Of a stretch of DNA of 64,000 nt, positions 9,573 to 19,007 are shown in pieces (the first letter of the stretch is position 1; each line of letters starts with the position of its first letter). Position numbers and translations under genes: made by a program. This stretch comes from Cyanobacteria bacterium P01_A01_bin.123. GTDB lineage: Bacteria > Cyanobacteriota > Cyanobacteriia > Phormidesmidales > Phormidesmidaceae. The stretch covers positions 32,001 to 96,000 of the forward strand of contig JBCBZT010000021.1 of assembly GCA_039815185.1 (NCBI GenBank), written 5' to 3'. A model generated the notes under the pieces. That model did no database searches. It was given only the letters and a program-made list of their open reading frames with translations, and had not been told where the DNA came from.

Positions 9573-11465
9573 ATGTTGAACCAAACAACATTAGGTGGTC
9601 GCTATAAACTTCTCTCCCATCTCGGGGGGGGTGGATTTGGTCAAACCTATCTGGCCGAAGATTGGCATTTGCCCGGTAATCCACGATGCGTTGTTAAACA
9701 GCTAAAGCTCCGCAAGGTTGACGGGATCTCTATGGAATCGGCTCGGCGATTGTTTGATGCTGAAGCTGAAGCGCTCTATCGACTGGGTAGCCACGATCAG
9801 ATCCCGCGGCTGATGGCTCACTTTGAAGAAAATGAGCAATTTTATCTGGTTCAGGAATTCGTTGCCGGAACGGTGCTGAGTAGTTTATTAAAACTAGGGC
9901 AACGTTGGGAAGAGTCCCAAACCTTGAATTTGATTGAAGGCTTACTCAACACCTTAAGTTTTGTTCACCAGCACCAGGTGATTCATCGCGATCTCAAACC
10001 TTCCAATTTGATCTTGCGCCACAGTGATCAACGCCTAGTGCTGATCGATTTTGGGTCTGTCAAACAGGTGAATACCCAGCCTGTAGAAACAGATGGACAA
10101 GTGAGCATTACGATTGCGATTGGTTCTATGGGCTATATGCCCAACGAGCAACTGGCTGGCCAGCCTTGCCTAAGTAGTGATATCTACGCCGTGGGCATGT
10201 TAGCGATTCAGGCATTGACTGGGATTGAACCCAAGCGGCTGCGCAAAGATCCAAAAACCAGTGAAATTCGATGGAGAGAATTTGCCAACGTCAGCGATGC
10301 CTTTGCAGAAATTATTGAGACGATGGTGCGCTATGACTTTCGCCAGCGTTATCCCTCGGCAACGGAAGCAAGCGCTGCCCTATTGCCGCTTTTAAAGTCT
10401 GCTGAAGAGACGCTCATCTTTGAGTTGGTACCCACCCATCCAGAGCAGGCCGTTGTGCCAAACTCCTCCGTCTCTATCAGTTCAAGCAACCACTGGGTCT
10501 GGCTTGAGCAGGGAGAAGAACTGCTCAGCCAAGAGCGTTATCGTGAAGCCGTGGACTGTTACAACCAAGTCATCGCGGTAGATACCCAAAATCCTATGGT
10601 GTGGTTCAAACAAGGGATTGCCCTGGAAAATCTCAAAGAGTTTGAAGCTGCGGTTTATGCCTACACTCAGGTGACTCAGTTGCAACCTGATGACTATTTA
10701 GCTTGGGCCAAAAAGGGTACTGCACTACAATATTTGGGCCAGTATGAGGCAGCTTTAGCTGCCTATGAAGAGGCATCGCACTTACACCCTGACAACTATT
10801 GGGTATGGCACGATCGGGCGCAGCTGTTAGAAAAGCTAGAGCGCTTTGAAGATGCGATCGCAGCTGAGGATCGGGCGATTCAGCTGCAGCCCAATTTCCA
10901 GATGGCTCAAACCAGTCGCAAACGGATTTTGCTGCGCTTGAAGCGGGTTGAACAACTCTATCAGCTTCAGCATTACGATGCTGCCATCGACGCTTGCAAT
11001 CACAACCTCAAAGCCAATCCCCACGATACTTCGACCTGGTTTATGCGAGGTATGGCCCTAGAAAAATTATCCCGATTACCAGAAGCGGCACTGTCCTATA
11101 ACCAGGTCACCAAGCAACAACCCGATGACCATGTTGCTTGGTTTAAGTTAGCTGAGGTGTTGGCCAAGCTCAATCGCCTCCAACAAGCCGCCATTGCCTA
11201 TGGTCAAGTGGTGCGAATTCACCCCCATAATCACTGGGCCTGGTATCAACGGGGCCAGTTGCTGGCGCAGTTGCAAAACTTCAAGGCGGCGATCGCCGCC
11301 TATAACTGTGCCCTCCAGCATAAGCCTGACCTCAAAGCCGCGATCGCGGCGCGTCAGGGCCTGCTTGATCACCTGATAGAGACGAGGTCACCCCTAAGTG
11401 CACCCGTTGCCATCGCTGCGAGCAATACTCCAGTCAACGTGTCGCTGACCTCCAAGATTGGGTAA
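9573..11465 (+). CDS. Ser/Thr protein kinase with C-terminal TPR repeats
   Basis: LGGGGFG, VVKQL, HRDLKPSN and DFG motifs, followed by multiple TPR units. Confidence 0.95.
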   Translation: MLNQTTLGGRYKLLSHLGGGGFGQTYLAEDWHLPGNPRCVVKQLKLRKVDGISMESARRLFDAEAEALYRLGSHDQIPRLMAHFEENEQFYLVQEFVAGTVLSSLLKLGQRWEESQTLNLIEGLLNTLSFVHQHQVIHRDLKPSNLILRHSDQRLVLIDFGSVKQVNTQPVETDGQVSITIAIGSMGYMPNEQLAGQPCLSSDIYAVGMLAIQALTGIEPKRLRKDPKTSEIRWREFANVSDAFAEIIETMVRYDFRQRYPSATEASAALLPLLKSAEETLIFELVPTHPEQAVVPNSSVSISSSNHWVWLEQGEELLSQERYREAVDCYNQVIAVDTQNPMVWFKQGIALENLKEFEAAVYAYTQVTQLQPDDYLAWAKKGTALQYLGQYEAALAAYEEASHLHPDNYWVWHDRAQLLEKLERFEDAIAAEDRAIQLQPNFQMAQTSRKRILLRLKRVEQLYQLQHYDAAIDACNHNLKANPHDTSTWFMRGMALEKLSRLPEAALSYNQVTKQQPDDHVAWFKLAEVLAKLNRLQQAAIAYGQVVRIHPHNHWAWYQRGQLLAQLQNFKAAIAAYNCALQHKPDLKAAIAARQGLLDHLIETRSPLSAPVAIAASNTPVNVSLTSKIG

Positions 11466-11890
11466 GCCCATCAGGTCAGTCAAGTGATTGATCAGGCTGG
11501 CTACCCAACGGTGGCCTGACTGGCACACTAGAGACCCATGTCATGATTAACCCGGTCACCCCTGAACCGAATAAAGGGTAGTTCAGGCTAGACTTATCCC
11601 TAAGCGAGCGATGGGGCACACACGATTTTCAGCTGTGGATGCAGCATTCAGAGTTTAGGGTCGGTGTGTCAGGGGAATGCTAACGCTAGGCAATCATCAG
11701 CCCCACCCATGCTTGAGCTAAAAAAGCCATCGTTTTTTGCTGGATAGCAACGCTTAAGCTCGAAGAAGGTAGAACAACTCCATACCTTCATCACTGGCTT
11801 TGACCGCTGGCCATTATTGTGGGTTAAACACAAATCTCCTAGTGAAACGGGCTTTGTAAGCCAAACCCTCTCTCCCTTTGCTTGCCCAAC

Positions 11891-14302
11891 ATGATGCCTT
11901 CCCGCTTTACTCAGCAGTTTCAGTCTGTGCCTACTTCCCCAGTCTTTGAGGAATCAATATTTCAGGCCTGTCTTGATAGCCTGACCGATCTCGTCTACAT
12001 CGTGGACATCAAAGGTGTCATCACTTATATCAATACCTATGGGGCTGAGCTTTTAGGCTATACCGTCGAGGAGGTTTTGGGCCTCCATTTTCTAGATATT
12101 GTGATGCCCAAAATGCGCTTGAGGGCAGGACAAGCGTTTGCCCGACTGATCGGTCGGGGTGAGTTGATTAATGAGTCCTTCCAGCTGTGCACTCGCTCGG
12201 GGAACGCTGTCCTAGTTCAGGTCAATAGTCGACGCTTGTTGCTCCAGGGTAAATTTGGGGGATTCACTGGGGTAGCGCGGGTGGTTAGTTCTACCCCTGA
12301 ACTTGAGCTGACAGCGAACGCTCCCATTGAGCCTGACACAGCAGATCTGTCTCCGCCAGCAGATCTAAAACCTGCCGTCTTGACTGCCAAGGATTCCGGT
12401 GACGATTTGTTCCGGGCCTATGTAGAAGCGGCAAACGATATTGTTTACACGCTAGATCTGCGGGGAAAATTTGCTTTTCTCAATGATTATGGCTTGCAAC
12501 TGTTTGGCTATCCTGAGCATGAAATTGTCGGTAAGTACTATCTCGATTTTGTCGCATCAGAATCTCGAGAAGCCACGGCAACAGCGTTTGCCAATTTACT
12601 CGATACGGGAGAACTCAGAGACTACGAATTTGTGATCGAGCAGGCCAGTGGCGATCGCGTTTTTTTAGAAGTTAATGGCCGCCTCCTGTATCGCGACGGA
12701 GAGCTGATCGGTGGCTTGGGCATCGGACGTGATATCACAGAGCGAAAACGGGTTGAGCAACAGCTCAAAATGTTTTCCAAAGCCTTAGATGCGGCTAATG
12801 ACAGCGCTATTATCACCGATTTGAGTGGTACCGTGCTTTACGCAAATCAGGCCACCCAGAGAATTTTTGGCTACAGTTTGACGAATTTGCTCGATCACAA
12901 CGTCAATCGTTTATATCCCAATCCAGCCCAATCTCCATGGCTGATTGAGCAGGCCAAACAAGGGGGTTGGAGTGGCCAAGTCATTTGCCAACGGCAAGAT
13001 GCTCAGATCCTCACGGCATTGGTTTCAGTCGGGCCTGTGTGTGACGAAGCTGGGGAACCGACCGCAGTGTCTATTATTTATCGCGACATCACCCAACTCG
13101 AAAACATCAAGGCTGAGCTGGCCTCAAAAAATTTAGAACTCCAGCGGGCAAATCAGCTGAAGTCCCAATTCTTAGCTAACATGTCCCACGAACTGCGGAC
13201 ACCCATGACGTCGATCTTGGGATTTTCGTCTCTTCTAGAACAAGAGATGTTCGGGCCGCTAAACGAGCGCCAAATGCTCTATGTGCAACAGATTTATCAA
13301 AGCGGCGAACACTTGTTGACCTTGATTAATGAGGTGCTCGATCTCTCCAAAATTGAGGCCGGCCAGATGGCGTTGGAGCTGGCTCCAGTCATTATTGATA
13401 GCTTGTGCCACAACGCCTTGACCATGGTAAGTGCCCAAATCACGACTAAGGGTCTAACGGTGCATCAGCATCTTGAGGAAAACTTGCCCCCTCTGATTGG
13501 GGATGAACTGCGACTGCGCCAGATGTTACTCAACCTGCTCTCGAATGCCATTAAGTTCTCGAATGAAGGGGCTGAGATCGGCTTAGAAGTGCGTCAGGTG
13601 GCTCACCAACTACTGCTGACGGTTTGGGATAAAGGTATTGGTATTCCTTCAGACCAACAGGGGGGGCTCTTTCAGCCGTTTCAACAACTCGATAGTTCAC
13701 TGTCTCGCCGCCATGAAGGGACGGGATTAGGGCTGGCCTTGACCCGTCGCCTCGCCACAATGCATGGGGGAGATGTGTCTTTAGAGTCAGTATCGGGGCA
13801 GGGCAGTCGGTTCACCATTTGCTTACCCCTAAGTGGCCCCAACGCCGGCCCCAAAGGGGGACCCTTGCGACCCAACCAGCCAGACTCCACTGTCAGCCCC
13901 TTGTTGGCAACCCCTCAGGGCCAAATAGAAGGCACTGTGTTAATCGTTGAAGATCATCCTGTCAACGCGATTCTGCTAGAGCATATGCTCACGTACTGGG
14001 GCTATGAAACCTTCCACGCCCTGAATGGGCAAATCGCGTTAGAGTGGCTCGAAACCCATCAGCCCACACTCATCTTGATGGATATCCACTTGCCAGAACT
14101 CGATGGTCTGGCGTTAACCCAGAAAATTCGCCAAAATCCCTCCTGGCAGGATATTCCGATCGTGGCAACGACGGCATTAGCGATGGATGGCGATCGCGAT
14201 CGCTGTTTGGACGCAGGGATGCAAGATTATCTCAGCAAACCGATCAACTCGATAGATTTGGTCTCCATCCTGGCAAAATACACTTGGCGTCGTGGCAGCT
14301 AG
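11891..14302 (+). CDS. Hybrid sensor histidine kinase (three PAS, HisKA, HATPase, receiver)
   Basis: Three PAS-like repeats, FLANMSHELRTP, NLLSNAIKF, DKGIGI, GTGLGL, and receiver LILMDIHLP. Confidence 0.95.
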   Translation: MMPSRFTQQFQSVPTSPVFEESIFQACLDSLTDLVYIVDIKGVITYINTYGAELLGYTVEEVLGLHFLDIVMPKMRLRAGQAFARLIGRGELINESFQLCTRSGNAVLVQVNSRRLLLQGKFGGFTGVARVVSSTPELELTANAPIEPDTADLSPPADLKPAVLTAKDSGDDLFRAYVEAANDIVYTLDLRGKFAFLNDYGLQLFGYPEHEIVGKYYLDFVASESREATATAFANLLDTGELRDYEFVIEQASGDRVFLEVNGRLLYRDGELIGGLGIGRDITERKRVEQQLKMFSKALDAANDSAIITDLSGTVLYANQATQRIFGYSLTNLLDHNVNRLYPNPAQSPWLIEQAKQGGWSGQVICQRQDAQILTALVSVGPVCDEAGEPTAVSIIYRDITQLENIKAELASKNLELQRANQLKSQFLANMSHELRTPMTSILGFSSLLEQEMFGPLNERQMLYVQQIYQSGEHLLTLINEVLDLSKIEAGQMALELAPVIIDSLCHNALTMVSAQITTKGLTVHQHLEENLPPLIGDELRLRQMLLNLLSNAIKFSNEGAEIGLEVRQVAHQLLLTVWDKGIGIPSDQQGGLFQPFQQLDSSLSRRHEGTGLGLALTRRLATMHGGDVSLESVSGQGSRFTICLPLSGPNAGPKGGPLRPNQPDSTVSPLLATPQGQIEGTVLIVEDHPVNAILLEHMLTYWGYETFHALNGQIALEWLETHQPTLILMDIHLPELDGLALTQKIRQNPSWQDIPIVATTALAMDGDRDRCLDAGMQDYLSKPINSIDLVSILAKYTWRRGS

Positions 14303-14411
14303 CTGATCTTGATCACATCTGGGGCTCAAGTTTTTCGCTGAGTTATAGCGCTGGTCAGATTGCTTAATGCACCGAGTATCGCCAGGATGCTTAGTTCACA
14401 TGCAATCTGGC

Positions 14412-14446
14412 TCGCGGTAGCGCACAAAGCTTTGTTGCTACCGCGA
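14412..14446. repeat. Intergenic inverted repeat / hairpin
   Basis: TCGCGGTAGC...GCTACCGCGA arms around ACAAAGCTTTGT. Confidence 0.6.
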
Positions 14447-14481
14447 TAAACCCCAAACTTTCAAATCGACTGTGGATTAAG

Positions 14482-14552
14482 AAAAAACCCCAGAAACCTT
14501 TCAAAAGAAAAGCTCCAGGGTTTTAATCAGGGTGCATCTACCACTTCACACT
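14482..14552 (-). ncRNA. Candidate small RNA divergent from cobM, ending in a Rho-independent terminator
   Basis: Minus strand reads GTGTGAAGTGGTAGATGCACCCTGATT, then hairpin AAAACCCTGGAGCTTTTC-TTTT-GAAAGGTTTCTGGGGTTTT and a T run. No minus-strand CDS feeds this terminator. Confidence 0.45.
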
Positions 14553-14669
14553 CCTGTTATGACGGCCAACCATCCGGAATTCCTTCCCGGCTTTAAGTTC
14601 TCTTTAAGGAAGCCCGCTGATCTGGGGAAGATATAAAATGCTGATGAAGTAAAATACCCTGCGATCGCC

Positions 14670-15491
14670 ATGACCCTTGCCCAATCTCACCCGGTTACCC
14701 CGGCTCAAACGCCTTTAGCTCCAGCCGTGTATATCGTCGGGGCTGGCCCAGGAGATCCTGAATTACTCACGGTCAAGGCCCAAAAGCTTCTGATGCAGGC
14801 GGATGTTGTGCTCTATGCTAATTCCCTCGTGCCGCCCCAACTGCTGACGATCATGCGACCAGAGGCTGAGCGGGTCGGCACCGCCAATATGACCCTAGAA
14901 GCAATCTTGCCGTTGATGATAGAGCGGGTCAGATCAGGGCAATCTGTAGTGCGTCTGCATTCGGGCGATCCCAGTCTCTACAGCGCCATCCATGAACAGA
15001 TTCAAGTGCTAGCGGCGGCAGATATCCCTTTTGAAGTCGTCCCTGGCATTAGCGCTTTTCAAGCTGCTGCGGCAAAGTTAGGGGCAGAACTTACCATTCC
15101 TGGGCTAGTGCAGTCGATCATTTTGACCCGCATGAGTGGGCGTACCCAAGTCCCCCCAGCCGAAGAATTGGCATCTCTAGCGGCCCATCGTGCTAGCCTC
15201 TGCCTGTATCTCAGTGCTCGTCATGTGGAAGCAGCCCAAACCCAACTGCTAGACCACTATCCCCCAGAGACGCCTGTGGCGGTTTGTTTTCGCGTTGGTT
15301 GGCCGGATGAAAAAATTCGAGTGGTGCCTTTGTCTGACATGGCTAGTGTGACCCATAATGAAGATCTAATTCGCACTACCCTATATCTGATCAGTCCAGC
15401 TTTGGCAGGTTGTCAAGGGCGATCGCGCCTCTACAACCCGGATCACCACCATCTGTTTCGCCCTAAACCGCTCCGTAGAAATGGTAGCTAG
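14670..15491 (+). CDS. cobM: Precorrin-4 C11-methyltransferase
   Basis: VGAGPGDPELLTVKA, RLHSGDPSLYSAIHEQ, VPGISAFQAAAA and SRLYNPDH. Confidence 0.93.
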   Translation: MTLAQSHPVTPAQTPLAPAVYIVGAGPGDPELLTVKAQKLLMQADVVLYANSLVPPQLLTIMRPEAERVGTANMTLEAILPLMIERVRSGQSVVRLHSGDPSLYSAIHEQIQVLAAADIPFEVVPGISAFQAAAAKLGAELTIPGLVQSIILTRMSGRTQVPPAEELASLAAHRASLCLYLSARHVEAAQTQLLDHYPPETPVAVCFRVGWPDEKIRVVPLSDMASVTHNEDLIRTTLYLISPALAGCQGRSRLYNPDHHHLFRPKPLRRNGS

Positions 15492-15621
15492 CGGCGAATA
15501 TTGCATCTTTGAATTGGGCATTCGAGGTTCAAGCACCCCGATAAGACAGACTATGACTTTCTAAGGTGCTGCCCCCATAGATCGCAAGCCCTGATCGATC
15601 TAGTTTTGCATCAGGATTGAA

Positions 15622-16425
15622 TTATTCACTGATGCTGTCCATCACCTGATCAATTTGAGGCTGGGTCGGGATGGGGCGATCAAAGTTGTTGAGCAAGCGG
15701 CTTTGTTGCCGCTGCTGTCGAATTTGACGGCGATTTAAACTGGCGATGCGATTTCTCAGGGCAGGCAAATCCGTCTCTCCTGCTCGTAGGCGCAGCCCTT
15801 GACCCCCTTCGAGTACTAGGGATTCGCTTTCTCCTGGTACTGTGAAGGTAATTGTGCCTTCCCAGGCCAAGATGTGAACTTCAGGCTCAGGCTCATCAGA
15901 AATTTCAATAAAAATAGTTGTCCCCCGCAACCCCGCAACCCCAGCAGGTGTGACGATTTCTGTAGGTACCTGTTTACCGGGTTCAACCCAAGCGATGATT
16001 TGCCCAGATGACAACTCCATGCGGTTGTCGGGTTGCAACACCAACGATGCATTGCCCCCAAGCCGAAAGGCTAGTCCGCTTGACAGGGCAACTTCTGCTA
16101 GGGCATCCGCTTCAGTACGCAGGATGTCACCAAAGATTAAGCCAGTCCCAACTTGGGCTTCGAGTTCTGTCTGAGTAGAGACGGACTTTACCCAAATGGA
16201 AGGCTGCTGAACTTGGGTAATGGTGGCATCGTTCTTGCGTTCTGCTTCGATGTTAGAAGTTGTTTCCGCAACGCTAGAAGTCGCGGCTGGTTCTGTCTGG
16301 GTGTCTGATGCAACAGTTGGGGTGCTGGTTTGACCAGAATCAGATTGCCCCTGACAGGCCGCAAGTGTGGTTGCCAAAATTAGAGCAAGGCTCATTAACG
16401 ATCGCGAAAACAAAGCGTAGTTCAT
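15622..16425 (-). CDS. FecR-domain lipoprotein
   Basis: Lipobox LAAC; FecR-like GDILRT and IVTPAGVAGLRGT. Confidence 0.8.
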   Translation of the reverse strand: MNYALFSRSLMSLALILATTLAACQGQSDSGQTSTPTVASDTQTEPAATSSVAETTSNIEAERKNDATITQVQQPSIWVKSVSTQTELEAQVGTGLIFGDILRTEADALAEVALSSGLAFRLGGNASLVLQPDNRMELSSGQIIAWVEPGKQVPTEIVTPAGVAGLRGTTIFIEISDEPEPEVHILAWEGTITFTVPGESESLVLEGGQGLRLRAGETDLPALRNRIASLNRRQIRQQRQQSRLLNNFDRPIPTQPQIDQVMDSISE

Positions 16426-16612
16426 GGTTGTTTCTCCGGTAGCAGCATCACAGTCTTCAAGTCACAACAGCATCAGCAGTTGTTGATGGCACCCGCTCTC
16501 CTTACACTTCAAATCGGAAGCTTTTGGATCCGGAGCACTGGGATGGAGCCCCAAAGAGGATAATGGAAATTACCCTCATTACCCCGATGTTAACGTTTGC
16601 AATTGCCGATTT

Positions 16613-17128
16613 ATGAATTACCTGGTAGCCGTTCTCAGCGATCGCATCAAAGCCGAAGCAGCCTACTCTGCCCTAGAGGCGGCTGATTTTGCCATGGAAA
16701 ATATCGATATCCTGGGCAAGGGCTATAAGAGTGCGGATGAATATGGTCTGATCGATCCCAATCAAGAAGCTTGGAAACAGGTGCGTCTCATGGCACTGTG
16801 GCTAATTCCTTTTGGCTTCGGTGCGGGATTTATCTTTAATCTGATCACAGGCCTGGATACCTTTCCCTGGGCAGGTACCTTGGGTAATCAAATCATTGGT
16901 GGTTGCTTAGGAGCGGCGTCTGGAGCATTGGGTAGCTTTGTCGTAGGGGGTGGGGTTGGTCTGGCAATCGGTAGCGGTGACGCGATCGCCTATCGCAACC
17001 GCCTCAATGCGGGCAAATATGTGGTGGTCGTTAAAGGGACAGACAGCATTATTGGGCAAGCCACCCGCATTATCCGTCAGTTTAGACCTGAGAATATTCA
17101 AGGCTACAGTGTGCCAGAAGCGACTTAG
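16613..17128 (+). CDS. Conserved-looking membrane protein
   Basis: Two Gly-rich hydrophobic segments and YRNRLNAGKYVVVV. Confidence 0.8.
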   Translation: MNYLVAVLSDRIKAEAAYSALEAADFAMENIDILGKGYKSADEYGLIDPNQEAWKQVRLMALWLIPFGFGAGFIFNLITGLDTFPWAGTLGNQIIGGCLGAASGALGSFVVGGGVGLAIGSGDAIAYRNRLNAGKYVVVVKGTDSIIGQATRIIRQFRPENIQGYSVPEAT

Positions 17129-17143
17129 AGGGCAGATCGAGCC

Positions 17144-17509
17144 GTGACCCAGAAAAAGCGTTTGATTATTGAAATGGGAATGGGCATAGATCAGCATGGC
17201 CAAGATCCAACCGTGGCGGCATCGCGGGCGGTACGCAATGCGATCGCGCACAATGCTCTCCCCGGTGTTTGGGAGGTGGCCGGGTTGAACCACCCCAACG
17301 AAATGATGGTGGAAGTACAAATCGCCGTACCGTTTCCTGCAAGCGTCAGACAGGATGAGGTGTTGGCGGTGCTGCCCTTCGGACAAAAAACGCTGACTTT
17401 AGAGGACGGGGGCATGATCGTTGCAGGTCGGGCGATCGCAGAACTCAACGATAAAAACGATGACATGTACATCGCGATCGCGGCAGTAACCGTCTCCATC
17501 TTGGCTTGA
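17144..17509 (+). CDS. Lin0512 family protein
   Basis: IEMGMGIDQHGQDPTVAASRAVRNAI signature. Confidence 0.85.
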   Translation: MTQKKRLIIEMGMGIDQHGQDPTVAASRAVRNAIAHNALPGVWEVAGLNHPNEMMVEVQIAVPFPASVRQDEVLAVLPFGQKTLTLEDGGMIVAGRAIAELNDKNDDMYIAIAAVTVSILA

Positions 17510-17520
17510 ATTCAGCAGCC

Positions 17521-18582
17521 TTAACGCAGTCGTGCCCCCCGATAGCGCATTTCTTGTTTCATGGCATAGCGCTTTGCAAATTGGGGCATGTCGCCTTGGT
17601 GACCCATGATAATCACAGTATCCCCCTGGGCCAAAAACAAATCGCGTCCCGGATGGATCGTGACCGAACCGTCGGCTCGCTTCAGCGCCACAATGATAAA
17701 CGTGCCCTTGCCCCGGACTTCAATGTCACCCACGGTGCCGCCCACCAGCGGTGATTCTGGGGTAATTCGTAGTTCATTCAACTGAATGTCTAACTCTGCG
17801 AGCATTTGGTTTAGATTTTCTTTGCCGTCGCTTTGAGCCAAAAAGTCTACGGCAGTGGGATGGGCGATCAGTTGAGCCATTCGCAGTGCACCAATAGAAG
17901 CGGGCAAAATGACGTGGTTAGCCCCAGCGAGACGGAGCTTTTTCTCGGTGGAAGGCATTTCTCCCCGAGCCAGCAGCATTAAATTGGCGTTCATCTCCCG
18001 TGCAGTCAGGGTAATAAATACGTTAGCGGCATCACTTGGCAAGACAGTGGCAAGTGCCCGTGCCCGATCAATCCGAACCGCTTGCAAGATAATTTCATCG
18101 GTGGCGTTGCCTTGGTACATCAAGTAGCCCCGCTCGCGGGCCATGGCAATCCGTTCTGGGTCATTGTCGATCACCACAAACGCCTGTTGTTCTTCTTTCA
18201 GTTTAGTCGCTAACATTTGGCCGATACGACCAAAGCCGCAGATAATCACGTGATTTTGGAGGTTTTCAATTTCTTGATTCATACGTTTGAAATTGAGGGC
18301 ACGGCTAATTTCCCCCTCTGTAATGAGTTGCACAAAGCCTGAGACGGTATACGCTACCGATAATGCACCCGCCACAATCACCACAATCGTGAAAATCTTC
18401 AGGGCAATACTCTCTAGGGGGTTGACCTCCCCGTAGCCCACCCCAAAAATCGTAATTACCACCATGTAGATGGCATCAAGCAGCGTCCAACCTGCCAAAA
18501 CATATCCAAACACTGCGATAATCACCGTCAGCGAGAAGAAGAAGATGCCTGTGATAATGCGTTGGGAAGAGAGACTTTTCAT
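17521..18582 (-). CDS. Two-TM potassium channel with RCK (TrkA-N/TrkA-C) domains
   Basis: Pore TIFGVGYGEV, NHVIICGFGRIG Rossmann motif and a TrkA-C region. Start taken at MKSLSS. Confidence 0.9.
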   Translation of the reverse strand: MKSLSSQRIITGIFFFSLTVIIAVFGYVLAGWTLLDAIYMVVITIFGVGYGEVNPLESIALKIFTIVVIVAGALSVAYTVSGFVQLITEGEISRALNFKRMNQEIENLQNHVIICGFGRIGQMLATKLKEEQQAFVVIDNDPERIAMARERGYLMYQGNATDEIILQAVRIDRARALATVLPSDAANVFITLTAREMNANLMLLARGEMPSTEKKLRLAGANHVILPASIGALRMAQLIAHPTAVDFLAQSDGKENLNQMLAELDIQLNELRITPESPLVGGTVGDIEVRGKGTFIIVALKRADGSVTIHPGRDLFLAQGDTVIIMGHQGDMPQFAKRYAMKQEMRYRGARLR

Positions 18583-18724
18583 CGGCGATCGCGATCCGAC
18601 TCGCGCCACGAGGTGGAGTAACTCGCTGCTCCATGAGACCTGCATAAATATAGGGTATGAACGCTCCCAAACTTGTCTCCATTCATACTACGGACAAAGA
18701 AAATAAATCACTATTGTCGAGAAC

Positions 18725-18914
18725 AATTGAGGTTGATGTGATGTTGCCCATTGGGCTGTTGAGCTGTTAGTAATGAGGCTGGATAAAACTGACGCTTTGT
18801 GCCATATAGTTTCGTTTTATCTTGATCAGCCAGATCGGAATTACGACAGCGCTGACCACTGATCGACACTTTGAATCAGTAGGGCTGTTGCGTTTGCTGT
18901 GTCCAGAAATCTAA
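18725..18914 (+). pseudogene. Decayed PIN-domain (VapC-like) toxin fragment
   Basis: AVELLVMRLDKTDALCHIVSF (from 18755), then after a +1 frameshift GITTALTTDRHFESVGLLRLL (18837-18899). This matches the C-terminal PIN pattern. No start codon or N-terminus is present. Confidence 0.7.
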
Positions 18915-19007
18915 GCTGTTGGGTGCGGACGTAATCGTGAAAAATGCGTTAGATTACATAAAGTCGGAATGACTACGGATAAATATAAGTCGACACAACA
19001 TAATTCT

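Noticed and set aside
14303..14669. Cobalamin riboswitch upstream of cobM (also checked upstream of cobQ)
   Set aside because: No B12-box or conserved GGGAA/GCCACTG core was found.
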